Below, one piece after another: positions 43,117 to 52,903 of a DNA stretch of 64,000 nucleotides (its first letter is position 1; each line of letters opens with the position of its first letter). Origin of the DNA: Arthrobacter sp. (GTDB lineage: Bacteria > Actinomycetota > Actinomycetes > Actinomycetales > Micrococcaceae); assembly GCA_040273995.1 (NCBI GenBank), contig JBELYP010000006.1, positions 314 through 64,313 of the forward strand, in the 5' to 3' direction. The notes under the pieces are model-generated. The model saw only the letters and a program-made list of their open reading frames with translations, did not search any database and was not told the DNA's origin. The position numbers and the translations under genes were made by a program.

Positions 43117-43635
43117 CTACTCCAGCCGTCCGGATGACTTCTTCTGCGACTGGCCGTCGTCGTCGCTGTCGTCGTCCGGGAGGTGGACGTCGGTGACGTT
43201 CACGTTGACTTCCAGGACTTCCAGCCCGGTGGCGTTCTCCACGGAACGGATCACATTGGTGCGGATGGCCTGGCTGACTTCAACAATCGAGTAGCCGTAC
43301 TCCACAATCACGCTGACGTCCACAGCCGCCTGCCGCTCGCCTTTCTCCACACTCACGCCGTTGCCGTAGTTCGTCTGGGAACCGGGGATGCGTTCGGCGA
43401 CCGCACTGAAGGCACGGCGGGCCGCATTTCCCATGGCGTGTACGCCCGGGACTTCGCGGGTTGCGATGCCCGCCAGTTTCTGCACCACGGTTTCCTCAAT
43501 GGTGGTGTCTCCGCGCGGGGTATGCAGGGGGCCGGAGGGCCGGTGCTGCGCGAGGCCGCTGTCCCTGTCCTCGCTTTCCCCGGTGACCGCCGCGGATGCG
43601 GTTGGTTGTCCAGGATTCTTGGCGGAATCTGCCAT
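43117..43635 (-). CDS. Asp23/Gls24 family envelope stress protein
   Basis: GDTTIEETVVQKLAG, GVSVEKGERQAAVD, VEYG and TGLEVLEVNVNVTDVH. Confidence 0.9.
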   Translation of the reverse strand: MADSAKNPGQPTASAAVTGESEDRDSGLAQHRPSGPLHTPRGDTTIEETVVQKLAGIATREVPGVHAMGNAARRAFSAVAERIPGSQTNYGNGVSVEKGERQAAVDVSVIVEYGYSIVEVSQAIRTNVIRSVENATGLEVLEVNVNVTDVHLPDDDSDDDGQSQKKSSGRLE

Positions 43636-44006
43636 GGCACTCATCTCCTGAAAAGGGGGATCCCGGGGAGGGATCGCCATACCTTCCATTAAGGGCGCCG
43701 CGGTGGAAGAACGTCACTCCCCACGGAACTTTTCTCCGGCCCGGGCGGCAAATCTTCAGTAACCGTGCCGCCGTGTCCGCCGTAGCCCGCCGCTGACCTT
43801 GCTCTACCTCACCCCAGCCAATAATGTTCACGATACGGAAATAAGTTTTCGTTTAGGCGAGGGTTCGTTCATTCCGTGAGCGGACACGGAGCTGAAACTG
43901 CGTAAACCGGCGGGTTTACACCCTGCCGTTCGCCCCGTACGTTTCAGGGCAACGCTGCATTTCGACGACGCAGGCGGCATGAGCTCCGCCCGCGAGAGGA
44001 GAAACC

Positions 44007-45605
44007 ATGGCCATTGAAGTAACCGATCCGAACCCGGCCGAGGGCGCCGGGACTATCCTGACCCCCGAGGCACTGGCGTTCATCGAAGAACTCCACCACC
44101 GTTTCGCCACCACACGGAATGACCTGCTCGCTGCCCGCGCCGCGCGCCGGGAGGCTGTAGCCGCAGGAGAGTCCCTGGACTTCCTGCCGGAAACCTCCAG
44201 TATCCGGGAAGGGGACTGGAGCGTTGCCCCGGCCCCGCCCGCCCTGACGGACCGGCGGGTGGAAATGACGGGCCCGGCTTCCCCCGCCAAGATGGCCATC
44301 AACGCCCTGAACTCCGGGGCCAAGGTATGGCTCGCGGACCTGGAGGATGCGTCCACCCCAACCTGGCACAACGTGGTGGATGCCGAGTACAACCTCTACC
44401 GTGCTGCCCGCGGAGATCTTTCCTTCACTTCCCCGGACGGCAAGGAGTACGCGCTGCGCACCGACGCGCCGCTCGCCGTCGTCGTCATGCGCCCGCGCGG
44501 CTGGCACCTGCCCGAGAAACACGTGCTGATCGACGGTGAGCCGGCCGTGGGCGCGCTGGTGGACTTCGGCCTGCACTTCTTCCACAACGCGAAGCAGCTG
44601 CTGGAGAACGGCCAGGGCCCCTACTACTACCTGCCCAAGATGGAGAGCCATCTGGAGGCCCGGCTGTGGAACGACGTTTTTGTCTTCGCCCAGGACTATG
44701 TGGGCGTCCCGCACGGTTCCGTCCGCGCCACTGTTCTGATCGAGACGATTCCTGCCGCGTTCGAGATGGAGGAAATCCTCTACGAGCTGCGCGACCATGC
44801 CGCCGGACTGAACGCCGGGCGCTGGGACTACCTCTTCAGCATGATCAAGGTGTTCCGCGACTCCGGCAAGGATTTCCTGCTGCCAGACCGCGCCGACGTC
44901 GCTATGACAGCTCCGTTTATGCGCGCCTACACGGAGCTGCTGGTGAAGACCTGCCACCGGCGCGGAGCTTTTGCGATGGGCGGCATGGCAGCCTTCATCC
45001 CCAACCGCCGCGAACCGGAAATCACCGCGAAGGCCTTCGAGAAGGTCACCGCGGACAAGTCCCGTGAAGCCAATGACGGGTTCGACGGTTCGTGGGTGGC
45101 GCATCCGGACATGGTTCAGACCTGCCGAGAGGTGTTCGACTCGGTGCTCGGGGACAAGCCCAACCAGGTGGACAAGCTCCGCGAGGACGTGAACGTCAGC
45201 GCGAAGGACCTGCTCGATGTCACCACGGCGGAAGGCTCCATCACCGAAGCCGGCCTGCGTTCGAACCTCTACGTTGCCGTGGCCTACACCGCCGTCTGGC
45301 TCTCCGGCAACGGCGCGGTGGCTATCCACAACCTGATGGAAGACGCCGCTACCGCGGAGATCTCCCGCTCCCAGGTCTGGCAGCAGGTCCGCAACGGCGT
45401 CACGCTGGAGGACACCGGGGAGACTGTCACCGAGGACCTGGTCAAGCGCCTGCTGGCGGAGGAAACCGAGCGGCTGCGCGGTGAAGTGGATGAGGACAAG
45501 TTCAACCGCTACTACGCCCCGGCCAGTGAGCTGATAGGCCGGATCAGCCTCGCCGAGGACTACGTGGACTTCCTGACGCTGCCGGCATACGAGCTGGTGG
45601 ACTAG
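44007..45605 (+). CDS. aceB: Malate synthase A
   Basis: DRRVEMTGP, ADLEDA, YLPKMES, GLNAGRWDY and MEDAATAEISRSQ. Confidence 0.96.
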   Translation: MAIEVTDPNPAEGAGTILTPEALAFIEELHHRFATTRNDLLAARAARREAVAAGESLDFLPETSSIREGDWSVAPAPPALTDRRVEMTGPASPAKMAINALNSGAKVWLADLEDASTPTWHNVVDAEYNLYRAARGDLSFTSPDGKEYALRTDAPLAVVVMRPRGWHLPEKHVLIDGEPAVGALVDFGLHFFHNAKQLLENGQGPYYYLPKMESHLEARLWNDVFVFAQDYVGVPHGSVRATVLIETIPAAFEMEEILYELRDHAAGLNAGRWDYLFSMIKVFRDSGKDFLLPDRADVAMTAPFMRAYTELLVKTCHRRGAFAMGGMAAFIPNRREPEITAKAFEKVTADKSREANDGFDGSWVAHPDMVQTCREVFDSVLGDKPNQVDKLREDVNVSAKDLLDVTTAEGSITEAGLRSNLYVAVAYTAVWLSGNGAVAIHNLMEDAATAEISRSQVWQQVRNGVTLEDTGETVTEDLVKRLLAEETERLRGEVDEDKFNRYYAPASELIGRISLAEDYVDFLTLPAYELVD

Positions 45606-45652
45606 GTTCGGCCGGGCGGGCACGCGCGGTCGCCCGGGCACGCACCGGGCAC

Positions 45653-45838
45653 GCGCCGGGCGGGCCGGAACGGCGGCAACGAAACTCCTTCGCTCGCAGA
45701 GCTCGCTGCGGAGTATTAAAGCCGCCTAACCCGGCCCGTCCGGCGCTATGAGGGTCCGGTCCGGCCTCACCCGGTCCGGGCGGCGGTATGAGGTTCCAGC
45801 CCCAGCCGCCTTACCCGGCCCGTCTGGGGTTCCGGTCC
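45653..45838. repeat. Long hairpin element plus about three degenerate ~40-bp tandem units
   Basis: Stem GCGCCGGGCGGGCCGG / CCGGCCCGTCCGGCGC encloses ACTCC...GCTCGCAGAGCTCGC...GGAGT, followed by GCCT(A/C/T)ACCCGG units. Confidence 0.55.
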
Positions 45839-45857
45839 AATCCGGCGCGCTTTCCGG

Positions 45858-46973
45858 TCAGTCGAAGTGGATGACCTGGCGGATGGCCTGGCCGTCCGCC
45901 AGGGTGTCCATGGCCTCGTTGATGTCCTCGAGGGCAACTTCGGCAGAGACCAGTTCTTCGACCGGCAGCTTTCCCTGCCGCCAGAGGTCCGCATACAGCG
46001 GGATGTCACGGGACGGCACGGCCGAGCCAAGGTAGCTGCCTATGATGGTCCGGGCCTCCGCCGTGAGGGTCAGCGGAGTCACCTCTGCCTGCTGGTCCGG
46101 GGCAGGCAGCCCCACGGTCACGGTTGTTCCGCCGGGCGCGGTGAGCCGGACGGCGGTTTCGAACGCACGCGGATGACCCGCTGCCTCCACCGCCAGCGCC
46201 GCCCGGATACCGGCGTCGGCGGCCTGCTCGGGCGTGTAGACGGCGTCTGCCCCCAGCTCCAGGGCACGTTTCAGCTTCTCCGGCAGCGCGTCAATGCCGA
46301 TCACACTCTGCGCCCCAGCGGCCCTCGCGGCCAGCAGCGCCGCCATGCCCACGCCACCCAGCCCCACCACCGCAACGTCATCCGCGGGACCGGGCGGGGC
46401 TGCATTCAGCACGGCACCGGCGCCGGTCAGTACCGCGCAGCCGAGCAGGGCGGCAACAGCAGGCGGCACGTCATCCCCCACCGCAACGACCGACCGGTGA
46501 TTGACGACGGCGTGGGTCGCGAACGCGGACACGCCCAGATGGTGCAGTACGGGCTCCCCGTTCCGGCTGAGGCGGATACCGCCGCCGAGCAGGGTGCCCG
46601 CATTGTTCGCCGCGCTGCCCGGGGTGCAGGGCATCTTTCCGTTGGTCCGGCACGCGGCGCACTGACCGCAGCGCGGCAGGAACGCCATCACTACCCGCTG
46701 GCCCTCCGTAAAACCAGTTACATCCGGTCCAACTTCTTCAATCCGGCCGGCGGCCTCATGACCAAGCAGCATCGGCAGCGGACGGATCCGGCTGCCGTTC
46801 ACCACCGAAAGGTCCGAGTGGCAGACCCCTGCCGCTTCAATGCGGACCAGCACCTCTCCGGGGCCCGGGCCCTCAAGTTCAAGTTCCGCCACGCGCAGGG
46901 GGCGGCTGGAAGCGTAGGGACGCTCGGCTCCGCTGCGTTCCAGGACGGCTCCATGTATGGTGCGGCTGCTCAT
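45858..46973 (-). CDS. Zinc-dependent alcohol dehydrogenase
   Basis: GVCHSDL, GHE, CGQCAAC...C, GCAVLTG and GLGGVG. Confidence 0.92.
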   Translation of the reverse strand: MSSRTIHGAVLERSGAERPYASSRPLRVAELELEGPGPGEVLVRIEAAGVCHSDLSVVNGSRIRPLPMLLGHEAAGRIEEVGPDVTGFTEGQRVVMAFLPRCGQCAACRTNGKMPCTPGSAANNAGTLLGGGIRLSRNGEPVLHHLGVSAFATHAVVNHRSVVAVGDDVPPAVAALLGCAVLTGAGAVLNAAPPGPADDVAVVGLGGVGMAALLAARAAGAQSVIGIDALPEKLKRALELGADAVYTPEQAADAGIRAALAVEAAGHPRAFETAVRLTAPGGTTVTVGLPAPDQQAEVTPLTLTAEARTIIGSYLGSAVPSRDIPLYADLWRQGKLPVEELVSAEVALEDINEAMDTLADGQAIRQVIHFD

Positions 46974-47135
46974 GATTCCCCTTTGAATCCGCGGTTTGTG
47001 CCGTGCCCGGCACCGGCTGCCACCCATTCCAGCACGGCACGGCCCCCGGGCCAAGGAACCACCAGGCGACGCGGCGTGCAGTTCTGTGACGCGAGATCAT
47101 GTTTCCGGCCCGTTTCATTTGGCAAGATGTGATCC

Positions 47136-47597
47136 ATGAGCCAACAGAGCAGGACCTACCCCGCGCTGACCGGCAAGGATGCCGCGGCACTGAACCGGGC
47201 ACTCTCGTCCGGGGACGTCACGGTGTTTGTTGACGGCACGGCGCTGCGGCTGCCGCCGGCAGCCCGCGACGCGGTGCTGGACCTGCTCGGACGGCTCGCC
47301 ACGGGCTCGGCCGTGAGCGTCACTGAGGCAGTGCAGCCTGAAACCGGCGGCACGGATGAATCCCGTACCCACAACCCGCTGCTCACCACCTCCCAGGCCG
47401 CTGCAGCGGCCGGGATTTCCCACACCTACCTGCGCAACCTGACCGATGCAGGTGTCATTCCGGTGGAATACCGGGGCACGCACCGCCGGATCAGGATGTC
47501 CGACGTCGAGGCCTGGCTTGCATCCCAGCGCGAGCAGCGTGCCGCGAAGGCTGCGGCCCAGGGCGGGAACGGTACTCCAGGGGGGACTGATACCTAG
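47136..47597 (+). CDS. Excisionase-family (HTH_17-like) DNA-binding protein
   Basis: LLTTSQAAAAAGISHTYL...G.IP...RGTHRRIRMSDV. Confidence 0.8.
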   Translation: MSQQSRTYPALTGKDAAALNRALSSGDVTVFVDGTALRLPPAARDAVLDLLGRLATGSAVSVTEAVQPETGGTDESRTHNPLLTTSQAAAAAGISHTYLRNLTDAGVIPVEYRGTHRRIRMSDVEAWLASQREQRAAKAAAQGGNGTPGGTDT

Positions 47598-47693
47598 GAG
47601 CACCGCCGAAGTGCGGCTCCGCACACCTGCTCACAGTAATTGGTTCCAGCTTGGTTCCACTCGTACGTCCATACTTTTTGACCGGAGCAAAAC

Positions 47694-48812
47694 GTGATTA
47701 TCGGTATCCCCAAAGAAATCAAGAACAACGAATACCGGGTGGCCATTACGGCCTCCGGTGTCCATGAACTTACCACCCGCGGACACACCGTCCTGGTAGA
47801 GGCCGGCGCCGGCGCCGGATCGAATATTACCGACGAGGAATATGCGACGGCCGGCGCGGACATGGTTCACGCAGCCGCAGACGTCTGGAAGCGCGCGGAC
47901 ATGATCCTCAAGGTGAAGGAGCCGATCACCTCGGAGTACCAGTACTTCCGTCCCGGCCTGATCCTCTTCACGTATCTGCACCTGGCAGCTACCGAGGAAC
48001 TCACCCGTGCGCTGCTGGATTCGGGTGTCACGGCCATTGCCTACGAAACCGTGCAGGAAGGGCGCGCGCTGCCGCTGCTGGCCCCGATGTCCGAGGTTGC
48101 CGGACGCCTTGCCGTCCAGGTGGGTGCCCAGTGCATGATGGCACCGGCCGGCGGGCCGGGCCTGCTGCTCGGCGGTGTTCCGGGCGTTCGGCCGGCCAAG
48201 GTAGTTGTCCTCGGGGCCGGCGTGGCCGGGACCAACGCCGTCGCCATGGCCGTGGGGGCGCATGCGGACGTTACCGTCCTGGACATCAATATCAACCGGC
48301 TGCGGGAACTCGATGCACAGTACGCCGGACGCATCAAGACGGTGGCCTCCAACGCCTTCGAGATCGAGCGCGCTCTGCTGGACGCGGACCTGGTGATCGG
48401 CTCCGTCCTGGTGCCCGGCGCCCGCGCTCCGAAACTGGTGACCAATGACATGGTGGCCAGGATGAAGCCCGGCTCCGTCCTGGTGGACATTGCGGTGGAC
48501 CAGGGTGGGTGCTTCGAGGACAGCCGCCCCACCACCCACGAAGATCCCACGTTCCGGGTCCATGGTTCGCTGTTCTACTGCGTAGCTAACATGCCAGGGG
48601 CGGTTCCCAACACCTCCACTTACGCTCTGACCAACGTGACGCTGCCCTACGCCGTCGCCCTGGCGGACAAGGGCGTCCGTGTGGCGTTCGAGGAATCCCC
48701 GGCGCTGGCCCGCGGACTGAACATCGCCAATGGTTCCGTAACGCACCACTCGGTATCCGATGCACATGGCCTGGCTCTCGCGGAGGGCTGGAAGGAACTG
48801 GTCGCACCCTAG
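47694..48812 (+). CDS. ald: Alanine dehydrogenase
   Basis: GIPKEIKNNEYRVA, KVKEP, FTYLHLA, GAGVAG and DIAVDQGG. Confidence 0.96.
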   Translation: MIIGIPKEIKNNEYRVAITASGVHELTTRGHTVLVEAGAGAGSNITDEEYATAGADMVHAAADVWKRADMILKVKEPITSEYQYFRPGLILFTYLHLAATEELTRALLDSGVTAIAYETVQEGRALPLLAPMSEVAGRLAVQVGAQCMMAPAGGPGLLLGGVPGVRPAKVVVLGAGVAGTNAVAMAVGAHADVTVLDININRLRELDAQYAGRIKTVASNAFEIERALLDADLVIGSVLVPGARAPKLVTNDMVARMKPGSVLVDIAVDQGGCFEDSRPTTHEDPTFRVHGSLFYCVANMPGAVPNTSTYALTNVTLPYAVALADKGVRVAFEESPALARGLNIANGSVTHHSVSDAHGLALAEGWKELVAP

Positions 48813-48827
48813 TCCGGCTCGACAGCA

Positions 48828-48862
48828 GAAAGGCCGGCAGCCCTCGGGCCTGCCGGCCTTTC
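48828..48862. terminator. Terminator-like hairpin between convergent ald and MFS genes
   Basis: GAAAGGCCGGCAG / CTGCCGGCCTTTC. Confidence 0.8.
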
Positions 48863-48881
48863 ACCGTTCTGGGGAGAGTTT

Positions 48882-50213
48882 CTAGTGGGAAACCGGAACC
48901 TTGGCCGCCGCACCGCGCAGCACGGGAGCGCCGAGCAGCGAGATGACAACGGCCCCTAGGGCCATCGGGATGACGAAGAGGAAGTACAGGTCCCCGGGCG
49001 TCCAGCCGCCGTCGATCAGTCCGCCGGCCAGGATCGGGGAGACAATCGCTCCCACGCGGCCCATGCCGATCACCAGGCCCAGGGCGGTGCCGCGGACTTC
49101 GGAGTCGTAGTACGTGGGGCTGATGGCCAGCATGCCTGCGATCGGCGCGTTGGACCCAAAGCCGACGAGAGCGGCCGCAAACAGCGCCAGACCCAGGGAC
49201 CCTTCGGTGGAGTTGGCGAACACCACGAAGGTGGCGGCACCGATCACAAAGAAGACCGCGAGCACGCGCCGCATGTCATAGCGGGCGCCAAAGACACCCA
49301 GCACCACTGCGCCGGTGATGGCACCGACGCTGAAGAGTACGCCGGCGTTGATGCCGTCCTGGGCACTGAATCCGCTGGCCGTGATCAGTTTGGGAGTCCA
49401 GGAATTGGCGAAGTAGAAGCTGGCCATCAGGATGAAGTACGCCAGCGAGAGCAGGATGGTGCGGCGGGCGTTGACCCCGGTGAGCACGTCCGCGAATCGG
49501 GACTTCTTCTCGCCGCGCGGTGCGGGTTCGGGCAGTTCCGCCACCGGCTCCTGGCCAATGCTGCGCAGGGTCTTGTTGATGCGTTCCAGCGCGCCCGCCG
49601 GGCGGCGCACGGAGAGGTAGTCGATGGATTCCGGCAGCACCTTGAGCACCAGGGGAATCATGATGAGGGTGGCAATGCCGCCGAACAGGAAGGCAGAACG
49701 CCAGCCGAAGGAGGCGATCAGCACGCCCGTCACCAGGCCGCCCAGCACGCCGCCGACGGGCTGGCCGATGCTCACGATTGCCAGCGCCGTCGAGCGGCGC
49801 TTGGCGTTGGAAAATTCCGAGGCGAAGACGTTGATAGTTGCCTGCAGGGTGCCGATCGCGACGCCGGTGATCAGGCGCAGGACCAGCAGGACCTCGTAGG
49901 ACGGAGCGAAGGCAGAGGCGAACATGCCCGCCGCGACGACGCAGACGCCGATCAGCAGGGTCTTCTGGCGGCCGATGATGTCCGCGACGGTGGAGACGAA
50001 AATGGAGCCCACAGCCATGCCGACCAGGGCCGCGCTAAGCAGGAAACCCAGCTGGGCGCCGTTGAGGTCCCACTCCGCTGACACCGCGGAGGCGCTGAAC
50101 GCCATGACCAGAACGTCGAAACCGTCGATCATGTAGAGAGCTGTACAAATTGCAATGATTCCGACTTGCCGCCGGCTCAGGGTGGAATCTTCGATCCGGT
50201 CTTTGAGGTGCAT
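48882..50213 (-). CDS. Aromatic acid:H+ symporter-type MFS transporter (BenK/PcaK-like)
   Basis: DGFD in TM1, ADIIGRQK, PESI and RGTALG...GRVGAI. Confidence 0.85.
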   Translation of the reverse strand: MHLKDRIEDSTLSRRQVGIIAICTALYMIDGFDVLVMAFSASAVSAEWDLNGAQLGFLLSAALVGMAVGSIFVSTVADIIGRQKTLLIGVCVVAAGMFASAFAPSYEVLLVLRLITGVAIGTLQATINVFASEFSNAKRRSTALAIVSIGQPVGGVLGGLVTGVLIASFGWRSAFLFGGIATLIMIPLVLKVLPESIDYLSVRRPAGALERINKTLRSIGQEPVAELPEPAPRGEKKSRFADVLTGVNARRTILLSLAYFILMASFYFANSWTPKLITASGFSAQDGINAGVLFSVGAITGAVVLGVFGARYDMRRVLAVFFVIGAATFVVFANSTEGSLGLALFAAALVGFGSNAPIAGMLAISPTYYDSEVRGTALGLVIGMGRVGAIVSPILAGGLIDGGWTPGDLYFLFVIPMALGAVVISLLGAPVLRGAAAKVPVSH

Positions 50214-50297
50214 TCCTCAAATGCTAAACGAGAGAATCACCACATCGTGATTTTGGTCGCGCCCATGCCGGGCGTTACGCGGCCCGCAGCCGCCAAC

Positions 50298-51353
50298 TCA
50301 GATTCCGCTGTGGATCTGCCGTATAATTTCCAGCCCGCGCAGGGACTGGGCCGGGCCAACCGGCAGTTCCTGCCCGTCCAGGACGGCAGCGGCCAGACCC
50401 GCGTAGAAATCCTGGTATCGCCCTGCTTCGGTGGGCACCGCCGTGCTGGAGCGGTCCGTTCCCAGCAGCCCCCAGGCAGCCACGTCCTCGGCACCGAACC
50501 CAGGATCTCCCGGCCGCATCCCGGCGTCCAGCTGCGCTTCCTGGGGATCCGTGCCGCGCTTCACCCAGGCCGCGTTGGAGCCGGTTACCCGGAACCGCTG
50601 ACCCGTCTGCGGAGCCAGCGAATTCATCGTCAGGTGGGACAGCACGCCCGAGTCATGCTTGAGCACCGCAAAGACGTCATCGTCCGGCCCGCCGTTCTGG
50701 CGCCTCGCCCGCACTTCGGCATAGACCGGTTCGGCCGGCCCAAAGAGCTGCAGTGCCTGGTCGATCAGGTGCGGGCCGAGATCGAAGAGGATCCCGCCGC
50801 CGTCGTCCGCTCCGGCCTGGCGTTTCCAGGCCTTGGCAACGGCAGGCTTGAATGATTCCATCCGCGACTCGAAACGGGTAACCGTCCCCAGCTCGCCGCG
50901 TTCAAGCAGCCCCTTGAGCGTCAGGAAATCTCCGTCCCAGCGCCGGTTCTGGAAGACGGTCAGCACCTGGCCTGCCGCGGCAGCCGCATCCATCATGCCG
51001 CGCGCGGCCTCTGGTGAATGCGCGAAGGGTTTGTCCACGACGGCACCAAGCCCTGCTTCCAGCACCGCCAGGCCCAGCGGTGCGTGCGTTGCGGGCGGGG
51101 TGCTGATGACGGCCAGATCCAGGTCTGCGGCCAGATCCAGCGCGGCCTCGGCGGAAGGCACGACGGCGGCGGCCGGGTACGCGGCTCGGGCGGCTGCAGC
51201 GCGTGCCGGGTCAGAGGTAACGATCACGTCCAGCGAGTACCGTGGATCCGCTGCCAACAGCGGAGCATGGAAGACCCTGCCGCCGAGCCCGTAACCGAAC
51301 AGGACGGTCCGGAGGCGGCGGCCGCTGCCGGTTTCCCGGCGTTCGGCGGTCAT
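50298..51353 (-). CDS. Gfo/Idh/MocA family oxidoreductase
   Basis: GYGLGGRVFHAP, VVDKP, FQNRRWD and DLGPHLID. Confidence 0.92.
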   Translation of the reverse strand: MTAERRETGSGRRLRTVLFGYGLGGRVFHAPLLAADPRYSLDVIVTSDPARAAAARAAYPAAAVVPSAEAALDLAADLDLAVISTPPATHAPLGLAVLEAGLGAVVDKPFAHSPEAARGMMDAAAAAGQVLTVFQNRRWDGDFLTLKGLLERGELGTVTRFESRMESFKPAVAKAWKRQAGADDGGGILFDLGPHLIDQALQLFGPAEPVYAEVRARRQNGGPDDDVFAVLKHDSGVLSHLTMNSLAPQTGQRFRVTGSNAAWVKRGTDPQEAQLDAGMRPGDPGFGAEDVAAWGLLGTDRSSTAVPTEAGRYQDFYAGLAAAVLDGQELPVGPAQSLRGLEIIRQIHSGI

Positions 51354-52087
51354 GACGCCTGGAAGTGTGTTTGTGCGGGTGACCCGTTGAGCTTGGCCAC
51401 GATTTCACCGGCCAGCACCTTCAGTTTGAGGTTCCGGCTGTTGGAGGCACGCTTGAGCGTTTCGAAGGCCTCGCTCTGGGTACAGCGGTTCTGGCCCATG
51501 ATGATGCCAATGGCCAGGTCAATGTCCGTCCGTGACTGCAGCACACTCTGCAGGTCATCCACGGTGGACGCACGCTGGGACATCCTCACCGCCAGCCGCA
51601 GGGCCAGCGAGGCTTCCTGGGCGTAGGTGCGTGCAACCCGCTTGAAATCGTCATCGAAGGTGTTGGCGGAGCGGGAGTACAGGTTCAGTGCCGCGCGCGC
51701 GTGCCCCTCTAGCGTCAGCGGCACCGCGTAGATGGACCGCATGCCCTGGGTCATGACGTGCTGCATGTATTCCGGCCAGCGCTCATCGGCGGAGGTGTCC
51801 GGCACATCCACTGCTTCATGGACCCGGAGCGCGTGGAGACACGGACCGTCGTCGAAGGCGTACTGCATTTCATCCATTTCCAGCGCGGCGCTTTCGCTGG
51901 AAGCGACCGTGTAGCTGTGCCCGCGCGAACGCTGAAGGGTGATGCCGCAGTACACAGTTCCCCGCGAAGACAGGGACGAGGCGCTGAGCCTCGCGAGCTG
52001 CTGGAGGAACTCCAGCACGTCCTCATGATGTATCAGCAGGTCCTGCAGCTGTGCTGCGGTGGCAGTCGCAGTCCTCAGGTCGTCCAT
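51350..52087 (-). CDS. GAF and ANTAR domain protein
   Basis: DEMQY..DGPCL and RWPEY (GAF); SRTDIDLAIGIIM...AFETL..AS..RNLKL (ANTAR). Confidence 0.9.
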   Translation of the reverse strand: MDDLRTATATAAQLQDLLIHHEDVLEFLQQLARLSASSLSSRGTVYCGITLQRSRGHSYTVASSESAALEMDEMQYAFDDGPCLHALRVHEAVDVPDTSADERWPEYMQHVMTQGMRSIYAVPLTLEGHARAALNLYSRSANTFDDDFKRVARTYAQEASLALRLAVRMSQRASTVDDLQSVLQSRTDIDLAIGIIMGQNRCTQSEAFETLKRASNSRNLKLKVLAGEIVAKLNGSPAQTHFQAS

Positions 52088-52223
52088 GGTGCACTGTTCC
52101 TTTTTCCAGCCCCGGTGAACCGCAGTGTGCGCCCACGATTGTCGGGTCAGAGCTTAGATACTACGATATCCGGATACGGTCAAGACGCGGCCATGGCTTC
52201 TGCACACCCTTACGGAGTTATAG

Positions 52224-52415
52224 ATGGGCCTGCCGGCGCACCTGCCGATCTGCCACCATTGCGGCGTTGACGATTACCTGATCTACGAGTTCTACACAGC
52301 TCCAGCCGGAAACGATCCCGGCGTCGTGAGCTATACATGTTCCGCGTGCGAAACTTTCGCCGGGCACGAAGTACCCGCCGGCTGGTCTCCTCCCGGGTGG
52401 CGCGTTGGGCAATGA
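52224..52415 (+). CDS. Small zinc-ribbon-like protein
   Basis: CHHC and CSAC pairs; GGAG RBS. Confidence 0.6.
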   Translation: MGLPAHLPICHHCGVDDYLIYEFYTAPAGNDPGVVSYTCSACETFAGHEVPAGWSPPGWRVGQ

Positions 52416-52824
52416 GTCAACGCCTCCGCTACCCGGAGGACTTGCCCTGCTGCTGGGCGCAGCTGCCCACCTTTCTGCCGAAGCCTCGAGGATGTTCCTC
52501 GCAGACCTGTCTCTGAACGAGAACTCCGTAAGAGTCCTGAAAGAGCTCTCTGCCCCGGGGATGCCCTCGGCACGCGTGGCCCAGCGGACACGGCTGAGCC
52601 TCGAGGAGGCTTCCTTTGCCCTGGCATCGCTGCACCAGGCAGGGTACGCACGGTCCCGCCGTCCCGGACGCTGGACGCGGACCGCCTCCGGAACAGCGAT
52701 GGTGGAACACCTAGCCGTGGTCCGGAAGAACTGTGACGCCCGCGCCGGGGAAACTGAGCTCCGACAGGCCCTCTACACGCTGATTCGCACGCTGGAGGAC
52801 GAGGGCAGTCCGGAGCGGGCGTAG
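52405..52824 (+). CDS. MarR-like winged-helix protein
   Basis: LNENSVRVL...RVAQRTRLS...LASLHQAGYA...WTRTASG pattern; TTG start uncertain. Confidence 0.55.
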   Translation: MGNESTPPLPGGLALLLGAAAHLSAEASRMFLADLSLNENSVRVLKELSAPGMPSARVAQRTRLSLEEASFALASLHQAGYARSRRPGRWTRTASGTAMVEHLAVVRKNCDARAGETELRQALYTLIRTLEDEGSPERA

Positions 52825-52838
52825 GGCGGACAGACGGC

Positions 52839-52875
52839 GGCGGGCCCGGAACAGCACTGCTGTTCCGGGCCCGCC
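52839..52875. terminator. Terminator-like hairpin between convergent genes
   Basis: GGCGGGCCCGGAACAGCA / TGCTGTTCCGGGCCCGCC. Confidence 0.75.
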
Positions 52876-52903
52876 GTCTCGTCAGGTCAGTTGATGCCAG
52901 CTG

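Noticed and set aside
45606-45857. Possible CRISPR array
   Set aside because: Repeats are degenerate and adjacent, without unique spacers, and there are no cas genes.
47136-47597. Prophage or ICE implied by the excisionase-like gene
   Set aside because: No integrase, att-associated tRNA or phage genes; the flanks are metabolic genes.
50245-50262. AATCAC-N6-GTGATT dyad upstream of the aromatic acid transporter as part of the LysR regulon
   Set aside because: The spacing is one base longer than the block's boxes and it lies 20 kb away; it may be an operator but cannot be assigned.
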